A stretch of DNA of 64,000 nucleotides from the NCBI GenBank assembly GCA_963708025.1, contig CAVPSB010000013.1:320001-384000 (forward strand), read 5' to 3'. The stretch is from an uncultured Candidatus Rokubacteria bacterium. Its GTDB lineage: Bacteria > Methylomirabilota > Methylomirabilia > Rokubacteriales > DASRDR01. The position numbers and the translations under genes were made by a program. Shown here piece after piece: positions 50,644 to 61,038 of this stretch (positions are counted from its first letter, which is position 1; the number at the start of each line of letters is the position of its first letter). The notes beneath the pieces were generated by a model. That model was not told the origin of the DNA, ran no database searches, and was given only the letters and a program-made list of their open reading frames with translations.

Positions 50644-51882
50644 TCAGTCGCCGAAGATCCGTCGCAGGATCGCCGGCTCGAGCCACCGCGCGGGGTCGAG
50701 GTCACCGACGCGGGCCCGCACCTCGTCGAGCAGCATTTCCCGGTACTCGATCGCCCGGCCGCCGGTGACGCCCCGGTAGACGTACGCCACCGGGGTGACC
50801 TCCGGCGGCACCCGGACGGCCTCCGCCAGGCGCCGCCAGGCCTCCGGGCGGGTCCACCGCGGATCCACGGCTTCCAGGAACGCTCGCCCGCTCTCGCCCG
50901 GCCGCGGCGTCGCCGCCAGCGCCGCCCCGAGGAGCGCCTCCAGCTCGGCGTCCCCGTCGAAGAGGCCCACGACCGCCGCCTCGGCCCCGAGGTTCCGGAT
51001 CCGGCCCAGGTCGGCGGCGAGGTACCGGAACAGCGCCTCGCGCGGCGCGGGCCCCACCGCTCCCCGGTCCAGCTCACGGCGCAGCCCGCGGAAGCCCTCG
51101 AGCCGCCATCGCTCGGCCTCGGTCCAGAACACGGTGTTGTCGAACGCCACCACGAACGCCAGCGCGCCCGTGGCATCGTCGAGGGCGGGACGCCCGACGA
51201 GGCGGCTGTCGAACCGCTCGGGGTCGCAGTGGTGGTTGCGGGCCGCGCACCAGGCCTGGTCGGCGTACACAGGACGGAGCCGTTCGATGTGCGCCTGCCG
51301 CGCCGGCTGATGGGGCGGCATCGGCAGGATCGTGCGATCCTGCCGGCGCCGGACGTCGTAGAGGGCGACCTCGGCCGGGTGCGTCGGCGCGAAGTGGACC
51401 TGGCTCCGGTGATACACGATCGTGCCGTCCCGGAACACCCCGAGGAACCAGCCCCGGAGCGCGACCCGGACGGCTAGGTCCCGGGACAGGACGAGCAGGC
51501 AGCCGGCCGAGGGGCTGAGATGGATGTCGAGGTAGACGTGGTCCCGGCCGGCGTGAGCATCCGTCACCGACCCCGCGCACTCGACCATCCCCGGGCCGGC
51601 CGCGAGCCCGGACACCTCCACGGTCTTCCAGGCCCGGGCGCGCTTGTCGAGCCGGCTCACGAGGAGCGGCGGCACCAAGTGCCCGCGTCCGTCGCCGAGG
51701 TAGTACGCGACCAGCAGGCTCCGCTCGTCCTCGAAGAGGCCGACTCCCGTGATCGAGCGGTCGAGGTAGCGGAGGGCTCTCGCCTCGGCCCGGTGACCGC
51801 GCGCGGCCAGAACGTCACGGAGGGTCTCGGCTCCCGCCGGCAGGGCGACTACGAGCGGAATCACCGCCGCGGCTGCCCGCAC
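50644..51882 (-). CDS. Hypothetical secreted protein (start uncertain)
   Basis: Signal-peptide-like VIPLVVALPAGA-E. Protein-like composition with motifs HLSPSAG, VHFAPTHP and WCAARNHHCDPERF. Confidence 0.65.
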   Translation of the reverse strand: MRAAAAVIPLVVALPAGAETLRDVLAARGHRAEARALRYLDRSITGVGLFEDERSLLVAYYLGDGRGHLVPPLLVSRLDKRARAWKTVEVSGLAAGPGMVECAGSVTDAHAGRDHVYLDIHLSPSAGCLLVLSRDLAVRVALRGWFLGVFRDGTIVYHRSQVHFAPTHPAEVALYDVRRRQDRTILPMPPHQPARQAHIERLRPVYADQAWCAARNHHCDPERFDSRLVGRPALDDATGALAFVVAFDNTVFWTEAERWRLEGFRGLRRELDRGAVGPAPREALFRYLAADLGRIRNLGAEAAVVGLFDGDAELEALLGAALAATPRPGESGRAFLEAVDPRWTRPEAWRRLAEAVRVPPEVTPVAYVYRGVTGGRAIEYREMLLDEVRARVGDLDPARWLEPAILRRIFGD

Positions 51883-51926
51883 GGCGACCCGAACCGCCCG
51901 CGAGAGCGTGGGACCGGGGATGGTGG

Positions 51927-54200
51927 TCAGGCCCGGGCCAGGGCCGCCTTCACGCGCTCCGGCGTGAGCGGCGCCCGGCGCAGCCGCACGCCGGTCGCGT
52001 CGAAGACCGCGTTCGCCACCGCCGCCGGGATGCAGCGGATGGTGGGCTCGCCGGCGCCGGTCGGCGCGACCTCGGGCCGGTCGATCAGGACCACCTCGAT
52101 CGACTCCGGCGCGTCCCGGATCTCGAGGATCGGGTAGCTCGCCCAGTCCACGCTCGTCACCGCGCTCCGGTCGAAGCGCACCTCCTCGAACAGCGTGCGC
52201 GACAGCCCCTGCACCACGTTGCCCTCGATGGTGTAGCGGAGCCCCTGCGGGTTGACGATCAGGCCGCAGTCGTGGGCGACCGTGAACCGGCGCGCCCAGA
52301 CGCGCCCGGTGGCCGGATCGACCTCGACCTCGGCCACCACCGCGACGATCGTGCCGGCCCGCTGCGCGTACGCCATGCCGCGGCCGCGCCAGAGGGCCCC
52401 CGACCGCTCGCGGCGGGGCGCCGGGCGCGGCTCCCAGCCCGCCTTCTCGGCGGCGGCCTTCACCACGTCGCGGTCGCGGGGCGCCGTCAGGTACCGGAGC
52501 CGGAACGCGACCGGGTCCTCGCCGACGGCCGCCGCGATCTCGTCGACGAACTGCTCGCTGCCGAAGTGGATCTCGGGTCCGACCGGATCGCGCAGGTGCG
52601 CCGTGCGCAGCGGCGAGCCGCGATCGAGCAGCGGCGGGATCGCCTCCCAGGCCAGCAGCTTCGCCTCGAACCCGTAGCTCTCGGCCGGGACGCCGAGCCC
52701 GACCTCGGGCTTGAGCGGCATCCCGAGCGCCATGCCGGCCAGGCTGTCGCGGGGGTCGCTCTCGTTGGTCGTGATGTTGACGCGCGAGAAGCCCTTGACG
52801 ACGAACTCGTAGCCGATCACCTTGCCGGCGGCGTCGAGCGCGGCCCGCCCCCGGTGGAGGCAGGCCGGCCCCTTCGGATCCCAGGCGGTGCCGTCGTGGC
52901 GCATGCCCTGCACCCGCACCGGGCGGCCGGTGAGCTTCGAGAGGTAGGCCGCGTCGAGCGCGGCGTCGCCGGCGTCGTTGCGGCCGTACGAGCCCGGCCC
53001 CATCACCCAGATGCCGCGCACCTGCTCGGGCGGCAGCCCGAGGAGCCTGGCCACGCCGTCGCGGGTGAAGTGCGGCTTCTGGGAGCCGGTCCACACCGTC
53101 GCCTCGTCGGCCTTCACGTCGGCGACCGCGCAGGCCGGGCCCATGCTCGCGTGCGACTGGAACGGCCACGCGTACTCCGCCTCGACGACCCGCGCCGCGG
53201 CCTTGAACGCCGCCTCCAGGTCCCCCTTCTTGACGGGCTCCTCCCGCTTGAGCGGCGCCGCCGCCCGGATGTGCTCGTGGAGGGCCTCCATCGCCGGGAA
53301 CGGGTCGGGGGGCGCCGTCCACTCGACCTTCAGCGCGCGGGCGGCCCGCACCGCGTCCCACTCGTGCTCGGCCACCACGGCCAGGAACTCCTTGTCGCGG
53401 ACCACGCGCGCGCCGCGGATCGCCCGGATCGACCCTTCGTCCACCCGCGCGATCGTGCCGCCCGCCTTCGGGGGCCGGATCACCCGCGCGTGCAGCATGC
53501 GCGGCACCCGGATGTCGGTGACGAAGTCGGCCGTCCCGAACACCTTGCCTTCCACGTCGCGCCGCGGCAGGGACTTGCCCACGACCTTGTAGTCGGACGG
53601 CGACTTGGGCTTGGCCTGCCCCTGCACGTCCATGAAGTTGCCGACCTGCTTGTTCCACTCGACCTTCGCGTTGAAGTGCTGGCCGCCGATCAGGTCGGCG
53701 TAGCTGACCCGCTTCCCGGGGTCGTCGAGCGCGCTCACCACGCCGTCGGCGACGGTGAGCCGATCGGCCGGCACGCCGAGCTGCTGGGCGGCGCGGCCGA
53801 CCAGGATCCGCCGGGCCTCGGCGGCGGCGTTGCGCAGCGGGCGGGCGCCGTGCGACACGCCGAAGCTTCCCGAGGCGCCGCCCTGGTTGCAGGAGGTGGC
53901 GGTGTCGCCCATGAGCACGGTCACGCGGTCGAACGGGACGTCCAGCTCCTCGGCGACGACCTGGGCGATGGCGACGTCGAGGCTCTGGCCCATGTCCATC
54001 TTGCCGAAGAACGCCGTCACGCTGCCGTCGGGCAGCACCGCGAGCCAGGAGTCGAGCTCCGCCGGGCGCCAGCGGCGGCTTGCCGCGGCGGCGGATCCGG
54101 TCTGGGCGAGCGCGTCGTCGAGGAGGGTGGGCGCGGCGGCGGAGACGACGAGCGCCCCGGCCAGTCGCAGGAAGTCGCGGCGCGAGAGCGAACCGTCCAT
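51927..54200 (-). CDS. Xanthine dehydrogenase family molybdopterin-binding subunit (IorB-like), Tat exported
   Basis: SRRDFL, GKMDMGQ, HDCGLIVNP, EGNVVQG and GAGEP..AVANA. Confidence 0.9.
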   Translation of the reverse strand: MDGSLSRRDFLRLAGALVVSAAAPTLLDDALAQTGSAAAASRRWRPAELDSWLAVLPDGSVTAFFGKMDMGQSLDVAIAQVVAEELDVPFDRVTVLMGDTATSCNQGGASGSFGVSHGARPLRNAAAEARRILVGRAAQQLGVPADRLTVADGVVSALDDPGKRVSYADLIGGQHFNAKVEWNKQVGNFMDVQGQAKPKSPSDYKVVGKSLPRRDVEGKVFGTADFVTDIRVPRMLHARVIRPPKAGGTIARVDEGSIRAIRGARVVRDKEFLAVVAEHEWDAVRAARALKVEWTAPPDPFPAMEALHEHIRAAAPLKREEPVKKGDLEAAFKAAARVVEAEYAWPFQSHASMGPACAVADVKADEATVWTGSQKPHFTRDGVARLLGLPPEQVRGIWVMGPGSYGRNDAGDAALDAAYLSKLTGRPVRVQGMRHDGTAWDPKGPACLHRGRAALDAAGKVIGYEFVVKGFSRVNITTNESDPRDSLAGMALGMPLKPEVGLGVPAESYGFEAKLLAWEAIPPLLDRGSPLRTAHLRDPVGPEIHFGSEQFVDEIAAAVGEDPVAFRLRYLTAPRDRDVVKAAAEKAGWEPRPAPRRERSGALWRGRGMAYAQRAGTIVAVVAEVEVDPATGRVWARRFTVAHDCGLIVNPQGLRYTIEGNVVQGLSRTLFEEVRFDRSAVTSVDWASYPILEIRDAPESIEVVLIDRPEVAPTGAGEPTIRCIPAAVANAVFDATGVRLRRAPLTPERVKAALARA

Positions 54201-54211
54201 GGCCGCCTCCT

Positions 54212-54679
54212 TCACGCGAGCATCGCCTGCGCGCGCTTGATCGCGCGCAGGATCGCGACGTGAGTCCCGCAGCGGCACTTCAGGCCCGCCAGCGCCTCGC
54301 GCAGCTCGCCGTCGGTCGCCTTCGGCTTCTTCCGGAGGACGGCGGCGGCGGTCATGATCCAGCCGTTCACGCAGTAGCCGCACTGCGGCACCTGCTCCTC
54401 GACGAACGCCTGCTGCAGCGGATGCGGCTTCTGCGGGCTGCCGAGCCCCTCGAGGGTCGTCACGGTCTTGCCCTGGGCCACCGACAGCGGCAGGATGCAG
54501 GCGCGCACCGGCTCCCCGTCGAGGTGCACGGTGCAGGCACCACACTGCGCGAGCCCGCAGCCGAAGTGCGGGTTGCGGAGCCCGAGGTCGTTGCGCAGGG
54601 CGTAGAGGAGCGGCATGTTCGGATCGGCGGCGTTGACCGACACCCGCTTGCCGTCGACGGTGAGCCTGACGGTGGCCAT
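54212..54679 (-). CDS. (2Fe-2S)-binding small subunit (IorA-like)
   Basis: FGCGLAQCGACTV, QCGYC and CRC. Confidence 0.92.
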   Translation of the reverse strand: MATVRLTVDGKRVSVNAADPNMPLLYALRNDLGLRNPHFGCGLAQCGACTVHLDGEPVRACILPLSVAQGKTVTTLEGLGSPQKPHPLQQAFVEEQVPQCGYCVNGWIMTAAAVLRKKPKATDGELREALAGLKCRCGTHVAILRAIKRAQAMLA

Positions 54680-54906
54680 GACCCCCTCCTCGTCTCCCGG
54701 GCGGTGCTCGGCGCCGGGGCGGCCCGCCCGTCGCGTCCCCAGGGGCTCCGGCGCCCGGCTGCTACCCTCCCACACCTCCAGGCCCCGGGGCAAGCGGCCC
54801 GGCTTGCCTTGCGGGGGGCCCCGGGCCACTCTTGCCAGCCTCTCGGCCCCCTGCTCTAATGTTGGCCATTCCGCGGACGTGACGACTCAGCGACCGGGAG
54901 GAGCTC

Positions 54907-57042
54907 ATGCGACTCACCATCCGCCTCCTGACCCTTTTCCTCGGTGCCGCCCTTGCCGCCGCCGCCCCGCCGGCCGAGGGCCGCATCTCCCGCATCGAGA
55001 TCACCCGCGCCGAGCCGGCGTTCGGGGGGCAGAGCTTCGGCGCCGCCGGCGCCTACCAGCGCCTCGCCGGTCGCGCCTACGGCGAGGTGGATCCGGCGCA
55101 CCCCGGCAACGCGATCATCCACGATTTGTACCTCGCCCCCCGCAACGCCCGGGGCCTGGTCGAGTACGCGACCGACATCGAGCTCCTGGCCCCGGCCGAC
55201 GTGGCGCGCGGCAATGGCGTGCTGCTCTTCGAGGTCCTCAACCGCGGCAACAAGGTCGCTCCCGGCGCCTTCGATGCCGGCATCCCGCCGGTCACCGCCG
55301 ACCGCAACGCCCTCACCACGCCGGGTGACGGTCACCTGCTGCGCGAGGGGTACACCCTCGTGTGGTTCGGCTGGCAGGCCGACGTGCTTCCCGGCCTGGG
55401 TCGCCTGACCCTGACCGTCCCCGTCGCCCGCCAGCCGGACGGCTCGCCGATCACCGGGGTTTTCAGGGCGGAGCTGACGACGCCTCAGCCCACGACGACC
55501 CTCAACCTGTCGAGCGGCTGGTTCACGGGGCTCAACCACAAGAGCTATCCGACGGCGAAGGTCAACAACCGCACGCCGCTCCCCGACGGCTTCCTGCCAG
55601 CGCTCACCGTCCGGGCCCGCGAGCAGGAGCCGCGGGTGCCCATCGCGAACACGGAGTGGTCGTTCGGCGCCTGCCCCGCCGGCGGCGCCGCGACGCCCGG
55701 CGACAGCCAGATCTGCTACCCGGCCGGCTTCCAGCCCGGGCGGCTCTACGAGCTCACCTACCGCGCCCGGGACCCCCTGGTCATGGGCCTGGGCTTCGCG
55801 GCGATGCGGGATCTCGCGAGCTTCCTGCGCGGCGAGCCGCGCGACGGTCAGGGCGCCGCCAACCCCGTCTTCCGCCAGAACCAGGTGGCGATCGTCTACG
55901 GCGCCTCCCAGAGCGGGCGGATGATCCGCACCTTCATCCACCTGGGGTTCAACCGGGACGAGCAGGGCCGTCGCGTCTTCGACGGCGCCTACCCCCACAT
56001 CGGCGGCGGGCTCATGCCGCTCAACGTCCGCTTCGCTCAGCCCGGGCGGGCCTGGGGCGAGCAGATCGACCACCTGTACCCGGCCTACGACTTCCCGTTC
56101 GCGTACGCGCGGCTCCACGATCCGCTGAGCCAGCGGACCCAGGGCGTCCTCGACCGCTGCACGGCGACCGACACCTGCCCGCGCATCTTCCACGTGGCGA
56201 CCGCGCTCGAGCTGTGGGAGGGCCGCCAGTCGCTCGGCCTCACCGATCCCCTCGGCCGGCAGGACGTGGCCGAGCCGGCCGACGTCCGCACGTTCATCAT
56301 GGTGTCCACGCAGCACGGCGCCGCGCCGCTGCCGCTCGCCACCCGGCCGCCCTTCGGGAACTGCCAGCAGCAGCCCAACCCGAACCCGCAGCTCTGGACC
56401 ATGCGGGCCCTCCTGGCCGGCCTCACCGCCTGGGTCCGCGACGGCCAGGCCCCACCCGCGTCGGTCGCTCCGCGGATCGCCGACGGCAGTCTCGTCCCGC
56501 CCGACCAGGTCCGCTTTCCCGCCATTCCGGCCAACGAGTACGGGGGGGTCCCCCGCCCGGCGGTGCGGTTCCTGCGCGTCCACAATCCGCTCCACGTCCT
56601 CGACTTCGGGCCCACCTACGACGCCGCGGATTCCAGCGGGATCATCACCGTCGAGCCGCCGCGCGCGGCCAGCGCCAGCTATGGCCTGCTGGTGCCGCAG
56701 GTGGACGCCGACGGCAACGACCTCGGCGGCGTCCGGTCGCTCCACCTTCAAGTGCCCGTCGGCACCTACACCGGCTGGAACCTCGGCCGCGCCGGCCGCT
56801 TCGAGGACGGGTTCTGCAGCCTGAGCGGGAGCTTCATCCCGTTCGCACGCACCCGGGCCGAGCGCATCGCGATCGGCGACCCGCGGCCCTCGATCGAGGA
56901 GCGGTATCCCACCCCCGACGCCTACGTCGGGGCGATCCGTCGCGCCGCCGACGCGCTGGTGGCGCGCCGGCTCCTGCTACCGGCCGACGCGGCGGCGCTG
57001 GTGGCCGAGGCCGAGCGCGACGGGATCCGCCAGGCGCCCTGA
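54907..57042 (+). CDS. Secreted alpha/beta hydrolase domain protein
   Basis: GGAGG RBS and signal peptide. EVLNRG, GWQAD, YGASQSGR nucleophile elbow and VDADGN..GG. Confidence 0.82.
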   Translation: MRLTIRLLTLFLGAALAAAAPPAEGRISRIEITRAEPAFGGQSFGAAGAYQRLAGRAYGEVDPAHPGNAIIHDLYLAPRNARGLVEYATDIELLAPADVARGNGVLLFEVLNRGNKVAPGAFDAGIPPVTADRNALTTPGDGHLLREGYTLVWFGWQADVLPGLGRLTLTVPVARQPDGSPITGVFRAELTTPQPTTTLNLSSGWFTGLNHKSYPTAKVNNRTPLPDGFLPALTVRAREQEPRVPIANTEWSFGACPAGGAATPGDSQICYPAGFQPGRLYELTYRARDPLVMGLGFAAMRDLASFLRGEPRDGQGAANPVFRQNQVAIVYGASQSGRMIRTFIHLGFNRDEQGRRVFDGAYPHIGGGLMPLNVRFAQPGRAWGEQIDHLYPAYDFPFAYARLHDPLSQRTQGVLDRCTATDTCPRIFHVATALELWEGRQSLGLTDPLGRQDVAEPADVRTFIMVSTQHGAAPLPLATRPPFGNCQQQPNPNPQLWTMRALLAGLTAWVRDGQAPPASVAPRIADGSLVPPDQVRFPAIPANEYGGVPRPAVRFLRVHNPLHVLDFGPTYDAADSSGIITVEPPRAASASYGLLVPQVDADGNDLGGVRSLHLQVPVGTYTGWNLGRAGRFEDGFCSLSGSFIPFARTRAERIAIGDPRPSIEERYPTPDAYVGAIRRAADALVARRLLLPADAAALVAEAERDGIRQAP

Positions 57043-57140
57043 TCCACGCGGGCCTCGGGGCCTGCGACCCGGCGGGGAAGCGTCGAGCGGGCAGTGCTCA
57101 ACGCCGGAGACAGCTGGCTCGCCCCAGGAGGGGGAAGGCG

Positions 57141-57425
57141 CTACGAGTCCGGGAGACCCTCGAGACGTCGCGCGCCGGGGGTGAACGGTCAGGATCTCGA
57201 CCTCGTCTAGCTGCAGCCGATAGATCACCCGATCACCTCGCGGATGTCGTCTCGGCCCATCTCGGGAACCATTCAGCCCGAGCGCGGAAACTCCGACTGG
57301 CGGTCGGTCGCGCGAAACACACGCGCCGCCATGACCTCGGCGTACCGCGGCGCGTCGCGCGCAATGAAGAGGCAGATCGCGTCGAGGTCATCCAGAGCCT
57401 GGTCGGTCCAGGTTACGCGAGCCAC
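57141..57425 (-). pseudogene. RelE/ParE family toxin, inactivated
   Basis: MARVTWTDQALDDL..FPRSG*MVPE..IREVI / RVIYR..EILTVH. In-frame TGA at 57273-57275 plus a frameshifting deletion. Confidence 0.85.
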
Positions 57426-57595
57426 CGGGCCATGCGCTGCCGAGCCTCGTCCTGGGAGACCTTCCGGCCGGCATCCGCCTGCGCGATCCCGCGCTCGATC
57501 TTGTCCAGGAGGTAGAGACGCTCCATCACGTCCGCGACCGTGACATCGTCCGGCAACTCCTGAACCAGCTTGACCAGATCGTCCTTGGTGCGCAC
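57413..57595 (-). CDS. Putative antitoxin, 60 aa
   Basis: AGGAGG RBS. LPDD...IERGIAQADAGRKVSQDEAR. Overlaps the toxin start. Confidence 0.82.
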   Translation of the reverse strand: MRTKDDLVKLVQELPDDVTVADVMERLYLLDKIERGIAQADAGRKVSQDEARQRMARWLA

Positions 57596-57779
57596 AGGGC
57601 TCACCTCCTGCCGCCCTAGTCTACCATCGCGCTCCGGCACGAGCCTCGGGCCGCTCAGGGCAGGCCACGACCGGCTGGGAGCGCCACCGACGCCGCACCC
57701 TGGGACGACGGCGGGATGGCCGACGCGCGGGCTCCGTCGAGTAAGATACCTCCCGGAGGCTTCCCCTCCGGGAGGGCAC

Positions 57780-59717
57780 ATGCGAGCGGAGTGGCGCCGG
57801 CTGGCGCGCGTGGCCATCGCGATCGCGCTGGTGACGCTGGGCTGCGCCGATCTCCGGGAGATCACCGCCAGCCCGGAGGAGCTGCGGCGACAGCAGCAGG
57901 AGCGGGCGGAGACCGAGCGCCGCGGCCAGGGCGAGCAGGCGCGCGCGACGCTCGCCCGGAGCGCCGACCCGCGGGCGCGGGCGGAGGCGGCCCGGCAGCT
58001 CGGCACGCTCAAGGCCGCGGCGGCGGTCCCCGAGCTGACCGCCGCCCTGCGCGACCCGGACGCCGAGGTCCGGGCGGCCGCCGCGGACGCGCTCCGCGAG
58101 CTCGGCGAGCCGGCGCGCGAGGCGGGGCCGGCGCTGCGAGCGGCGATCGCGACGGAGCCCGACGGCCGGGCCATCGTCGCGATGGCGTGGGCGTTGATCG
58201 GGCTCAAGGTGGACGCCAAGGAGCTCGTCGCCCCCCTCCGGAAGGCGCTGCGGCACGACGAGCTCCGCACGCGGTTCTCGGCCGCCCTCGCCCTCGACGG
58301 CGACGTGGACCCGGCCGAGATCTTTCCCGTGTACCTCGAGGCCGTCGGCACACCGCTCGGCAAGGCCCAGCGCTCCGCCACCGATCCCGTCCAGCGCCTC
58401 GACCGGCTGATCAAGGCCAGGCACGACCGGCGCTTCGTCGCCCCGCTCCTCGACGCGCTCGAGCGCGGCAACCCCGGGCAGCGGGCGGCCGCCTGCCGCC
58501 TCCTCGCCGAGTACTTCGAGGGGTACCGCGTGGCCCAGGCCCTGCAGCGAAGGATGGAGGCGCCGCCCCCCACGGTCCTGCCGGCCATCGGCCGGCGGCT
58601 GCAGGACCCCGAGGCGGAGGTCCGGGCGGCAGCCGCCTACGCGCTGCGGGACGTCGGCCTCGCGGCGAAGAGCACCGGGCCGGCCCTGGTCACGGCGCTG
58701 CGGGATCCGGAGGAGCGGGTCCGCGCCGCCGCCGCGTCGGCCCTGGGCAGCCTCGGCGGCGACTACACCCCGACGCCGGGGGCCGTTCCCTCGCTGGCCG
58801 TCGCCCTCCGGGATTCGAGCCCCGACGTGCGGCAGAACGCGGCGCGGGCACTCGGCCAGATCGGCCCGGGGGCGAGGGACGCGGCCGCCGCGCTCACCGC
58901 GGCGGCCACCGACCCAAACGAGGACGTCCGCCGCGCCGCGACGACGGCCCTCGGAAACGTCAACAGCCCGGCCCGGCCGGGGACACCCGGCCCGCCGAGA
59001 GCGCCGGCCCCCGCGTCGGTGGCCGTCCTGACGGACACCCTCCGGGACCCCGACCCGCGCGTCCGGAGCAGCGCGATCGAGGCGCTGGGGCAGATCGGGC
59101 CCGGGGCCAAGGCGGCCGGCCCGTCGCTGGTCCCGCTGCTGCGCGATCCCGATCCGGGCGTCCGGCTCCAGACGGCGTGGACCCTCGGCAGCATCGGCAG
59201 CGACGGATCGCCGGTCCCGGGCTCGGTCCCCGGGCTCGCCGCCGCGCTCGCCGATCCCGACCCGCGGGTCCGCGCGGCGGGGGCCCAGTCGCTGGCGAGA
59301 GTCAAGGCGTCCGCCGGCGCGGCAGGCCCGGGCCTCGTCACCGCGCTCAGGGACCCCGAGCCCGAGGTCCGCCTCGCCGCGGCGTACGCGATCGGCGAGA
59401 TCCGCGCCGTCCCGCCGGGCGCGGTGCCGGCGCTGGTCCAGAAGCTCAGCGACCCCGAGCCGCGGATGCGGTCGACGGCCGCCGTCGCGCTGGGCCAGCT
59501 CGGGCCGGCGGCCAGGGACGCCGTCCCCGCCCTCGCCCAGGTGCTCCAGCGCGATCCGGACGCCAACGTGCGCCTCCCCGCCTGCGCGGCGCTCCGGGAG
59601 CTCGGACCGCTTGCGAAGGACGCGCTCCCGGCCATGCAGGCCGCGCTCCGGGACTCCTACCCGTACGTCCGGGAGTGCGCGCAGCTCGGCATCCAGCGGA
59701 TCGGCGGCGCGCGGTGA
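57780..59717 (+). CDS. HEAT-repeat lipoprotein
   Basis: Lipobox TLGC and more than a dozen L-R-D-P-x-x-x-V-R-x-x-A-A-x-A-L-G repeats. Confidence 0.88.
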   Translation: MRAEWRRLARVAIAIALVTLGCADLREITASPEELRRQQQERAETERRGQGEQARATLARSADPRARAEAARQLGTLKAAAAVPELTAALRDPDAEVRAAAADALRELGEPAREAGPALRAAIATEPDGRAIVAMAWALIGLKVDAKELVAPLRKALRHDELRTRFSAALALDGDVDPAEIFPVYLEAVGTPLGKAQRSATDPVQRLDRLIKARHDRRFVAPLLDALERGNPGQRAAACRLLAEYFEGYRVAQALQRRMEAPPPTVLPAIGRRLQDPEAEVRAAAAYALRDVGLAAKSTGPALVTALRDPEERVRAAAASALGSLGGDYTPTPGAVPSLAVALRDSSPDVRQNAARALGQIGPGARDAAAALTAAATDPNEDVRRAATTALGNVNSPARPGTPGPPRAPAPASVAVLTDTLRDPDPRVRSSAIEALGQIGPGAKAAGPSLVPLLRDPDPGVRLQTAWTLGSIGSDGSPVPGSVPGLAAALADPDPRVRAAGAQSLARVKASAGAAGPGLVTALRDPEPEVRLAAAYAIGEIRAVPPGAVPALVQKLSDPEPRMRSTAAVALGQLGPAARDAVPALAQVLQRDPDANVRLPACAALRELGPLAKDALPAMQAALRDSYPYVRECAQLGIQRIGGAR

Positions 59718-59773
59718 CGCGGCCACCGTCTCGGTAGCCGCGCCCTGCCCCGCGGCCCGGCGCCCGCGTCGCG

Positions 59774-61024
59774 GTGATCGGCCCCCGGCCGTTCTACGGC
59801 TGGTGGATCGTGGCCGCCGGCTTCGGCCTCGAGGCCCTGATCGGCGCGCTCATGTTCCACGCCTACGGCGCCTACGCGGTGCTCCTCCGCGAGGAGTTCG
59901 GCTGGAGCAAGACGCTGCTCTCGGCGGCGTTCTCGATGGCCCGGGCGGAGAGCGGGATCCTCGGGCCCGTCCAGGGCTGGCTCACCGACCGGCTGGGTCC
60001 CCGGATCCTGATCCGCGTGGGGATGACGATCTTCGGGGCCGGCTTCATGCTGTTCAGCCAGATCGGCTCGCCGCCCGCCTTCTTCGTGGCCTTCTTCATG
60101 ATGGCGCTCGGCTCGAGTCTCGGGGGCTTCCTCCCGATCGGCGTCGCGATCGTCACCTGGTTCCGGCGACGCCGGGCGCTCGCCCTCGGCATCAGCGCGA
60201 CCGGGATGGCGGTGGGCGGGCTCCTGACCCCCCTCGTCGTCATCGCGCTCACCCGGCTGGGCTGGCGGTGGACCGCGTTCCTCTCGGGCGTCCTCGTGCT
60301 CGCCGTGGGCCTGCCCCTGGCCCAGCTCGTCCGCCACCGCCCCGAGGTCTACGGCCTTCGCCCCGACGGCGACCCGCCGGAGGGCCGGCGGGATCCCGCC
60401 ACGCCGGCCGGGGGCCGGGACGGCCGGGACTTCACCGCGCGCGAGGCCATCCGGACCCCGACGTTCTGGTACGTCGCGCTCGGGCACGGCTCGGCACTGC
60501 TCGTCGTCTCGGCCGTGCTCGTCCACATGGCCATCCACGTGACGGAGCGCCTGGGCTTCTCGCTGGCCCAGGCCGCCTCGGTCGTGGCCCTGATGACCAT
60601 GATGCAGGTGGCCGGTCACATCGGCGGCGGGTGGGCCGGCGATCGCTACAACAAGCGGGCGATGGCGGCCGGCTGCATGCTGGGGCACGCCGGCGGGCTC
60701 CTGATGCTCGCCTTCGCGTCGGCGTACTGGATGGTCCTGGGGTTCGCGGTGCTCCACGGGCTGGCATGGGGCGTCCGGGGGCCACTCATGTCCGCGATCC
60801 GCGCGGACTACTTCGGGAGCACGTCGTTCGGGACGATCACCGGGGTGTCGTCGATGGTCGTGATGTTCGGGATGATGGGGGGGCCGCTCGTCGCCGGGGT
60901 GCTGGCCGACCGTACCGGGAGCTACGTGCTCGGCTTCTCGATCCTGGCCGCGCTGGCCGCGACCGGCTCGGTCTTCTTCCTGCTCGCCCGGCGCCCGCGC
61001 CGACCGGCGGCCGAGCGCGCCTGA
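59774..61024 (+). CDS. MFS transporter
   Basis: FYGWWIV, GWLTDRLGPR, WFRRRRALALG and DRTGSY. About 12 TM helices. Confidence 0.92.
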   Translation: MIGPRPFYGWWIVAAGFGLEALIGALMFHAYGAYAVLLREEFGWSKTLLSAAFSMARAESGILGPVQGWLTDRLGPRILIRVGMTIFGAGFMLFSQIGSPPAFFVAFFMMALGSSLGGFLPIGVAIVTWFRRRRALALGISATGMAVGGLLTPLVVIALTRLGWRWTAFLSGVLVLAVGLPLAQLVRHRPEVYGLRPDGDPPEGRRDPATPAGGRDGRDFTAREAIRTPTFWYVALGHGSALLVVSAVLVHMAIHVTERLGFSLAQAASVVALMTMMQVAGHIGGGWAGDRYNKRAMAAGCMLGHAGGLLMLAFASAYWMVLGFAVLHGLAWGVRGPLMSAIRADYFGSTSFGTITGVSSMVVMFGMMGGPLVAGVLADRTGSYVLGFSILAALAATGSVFFLLARRPRRPAAERA

Positions 61025-61038
61025 CCCGGCAACGCCGG

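Noticed and set aside
54060..54090. Odd SRRWRP segment in the IorB-like protein
   Set aside because: The neighbouring frame reads GKPPLAP, so this is probably a compensating indel pair rather than a motif.
57273..57275. In-frame TGA as selenocysteine or recoding
   Set aside because: The position is normally Arg (CGA to TGA), and the gene has a second lesion.
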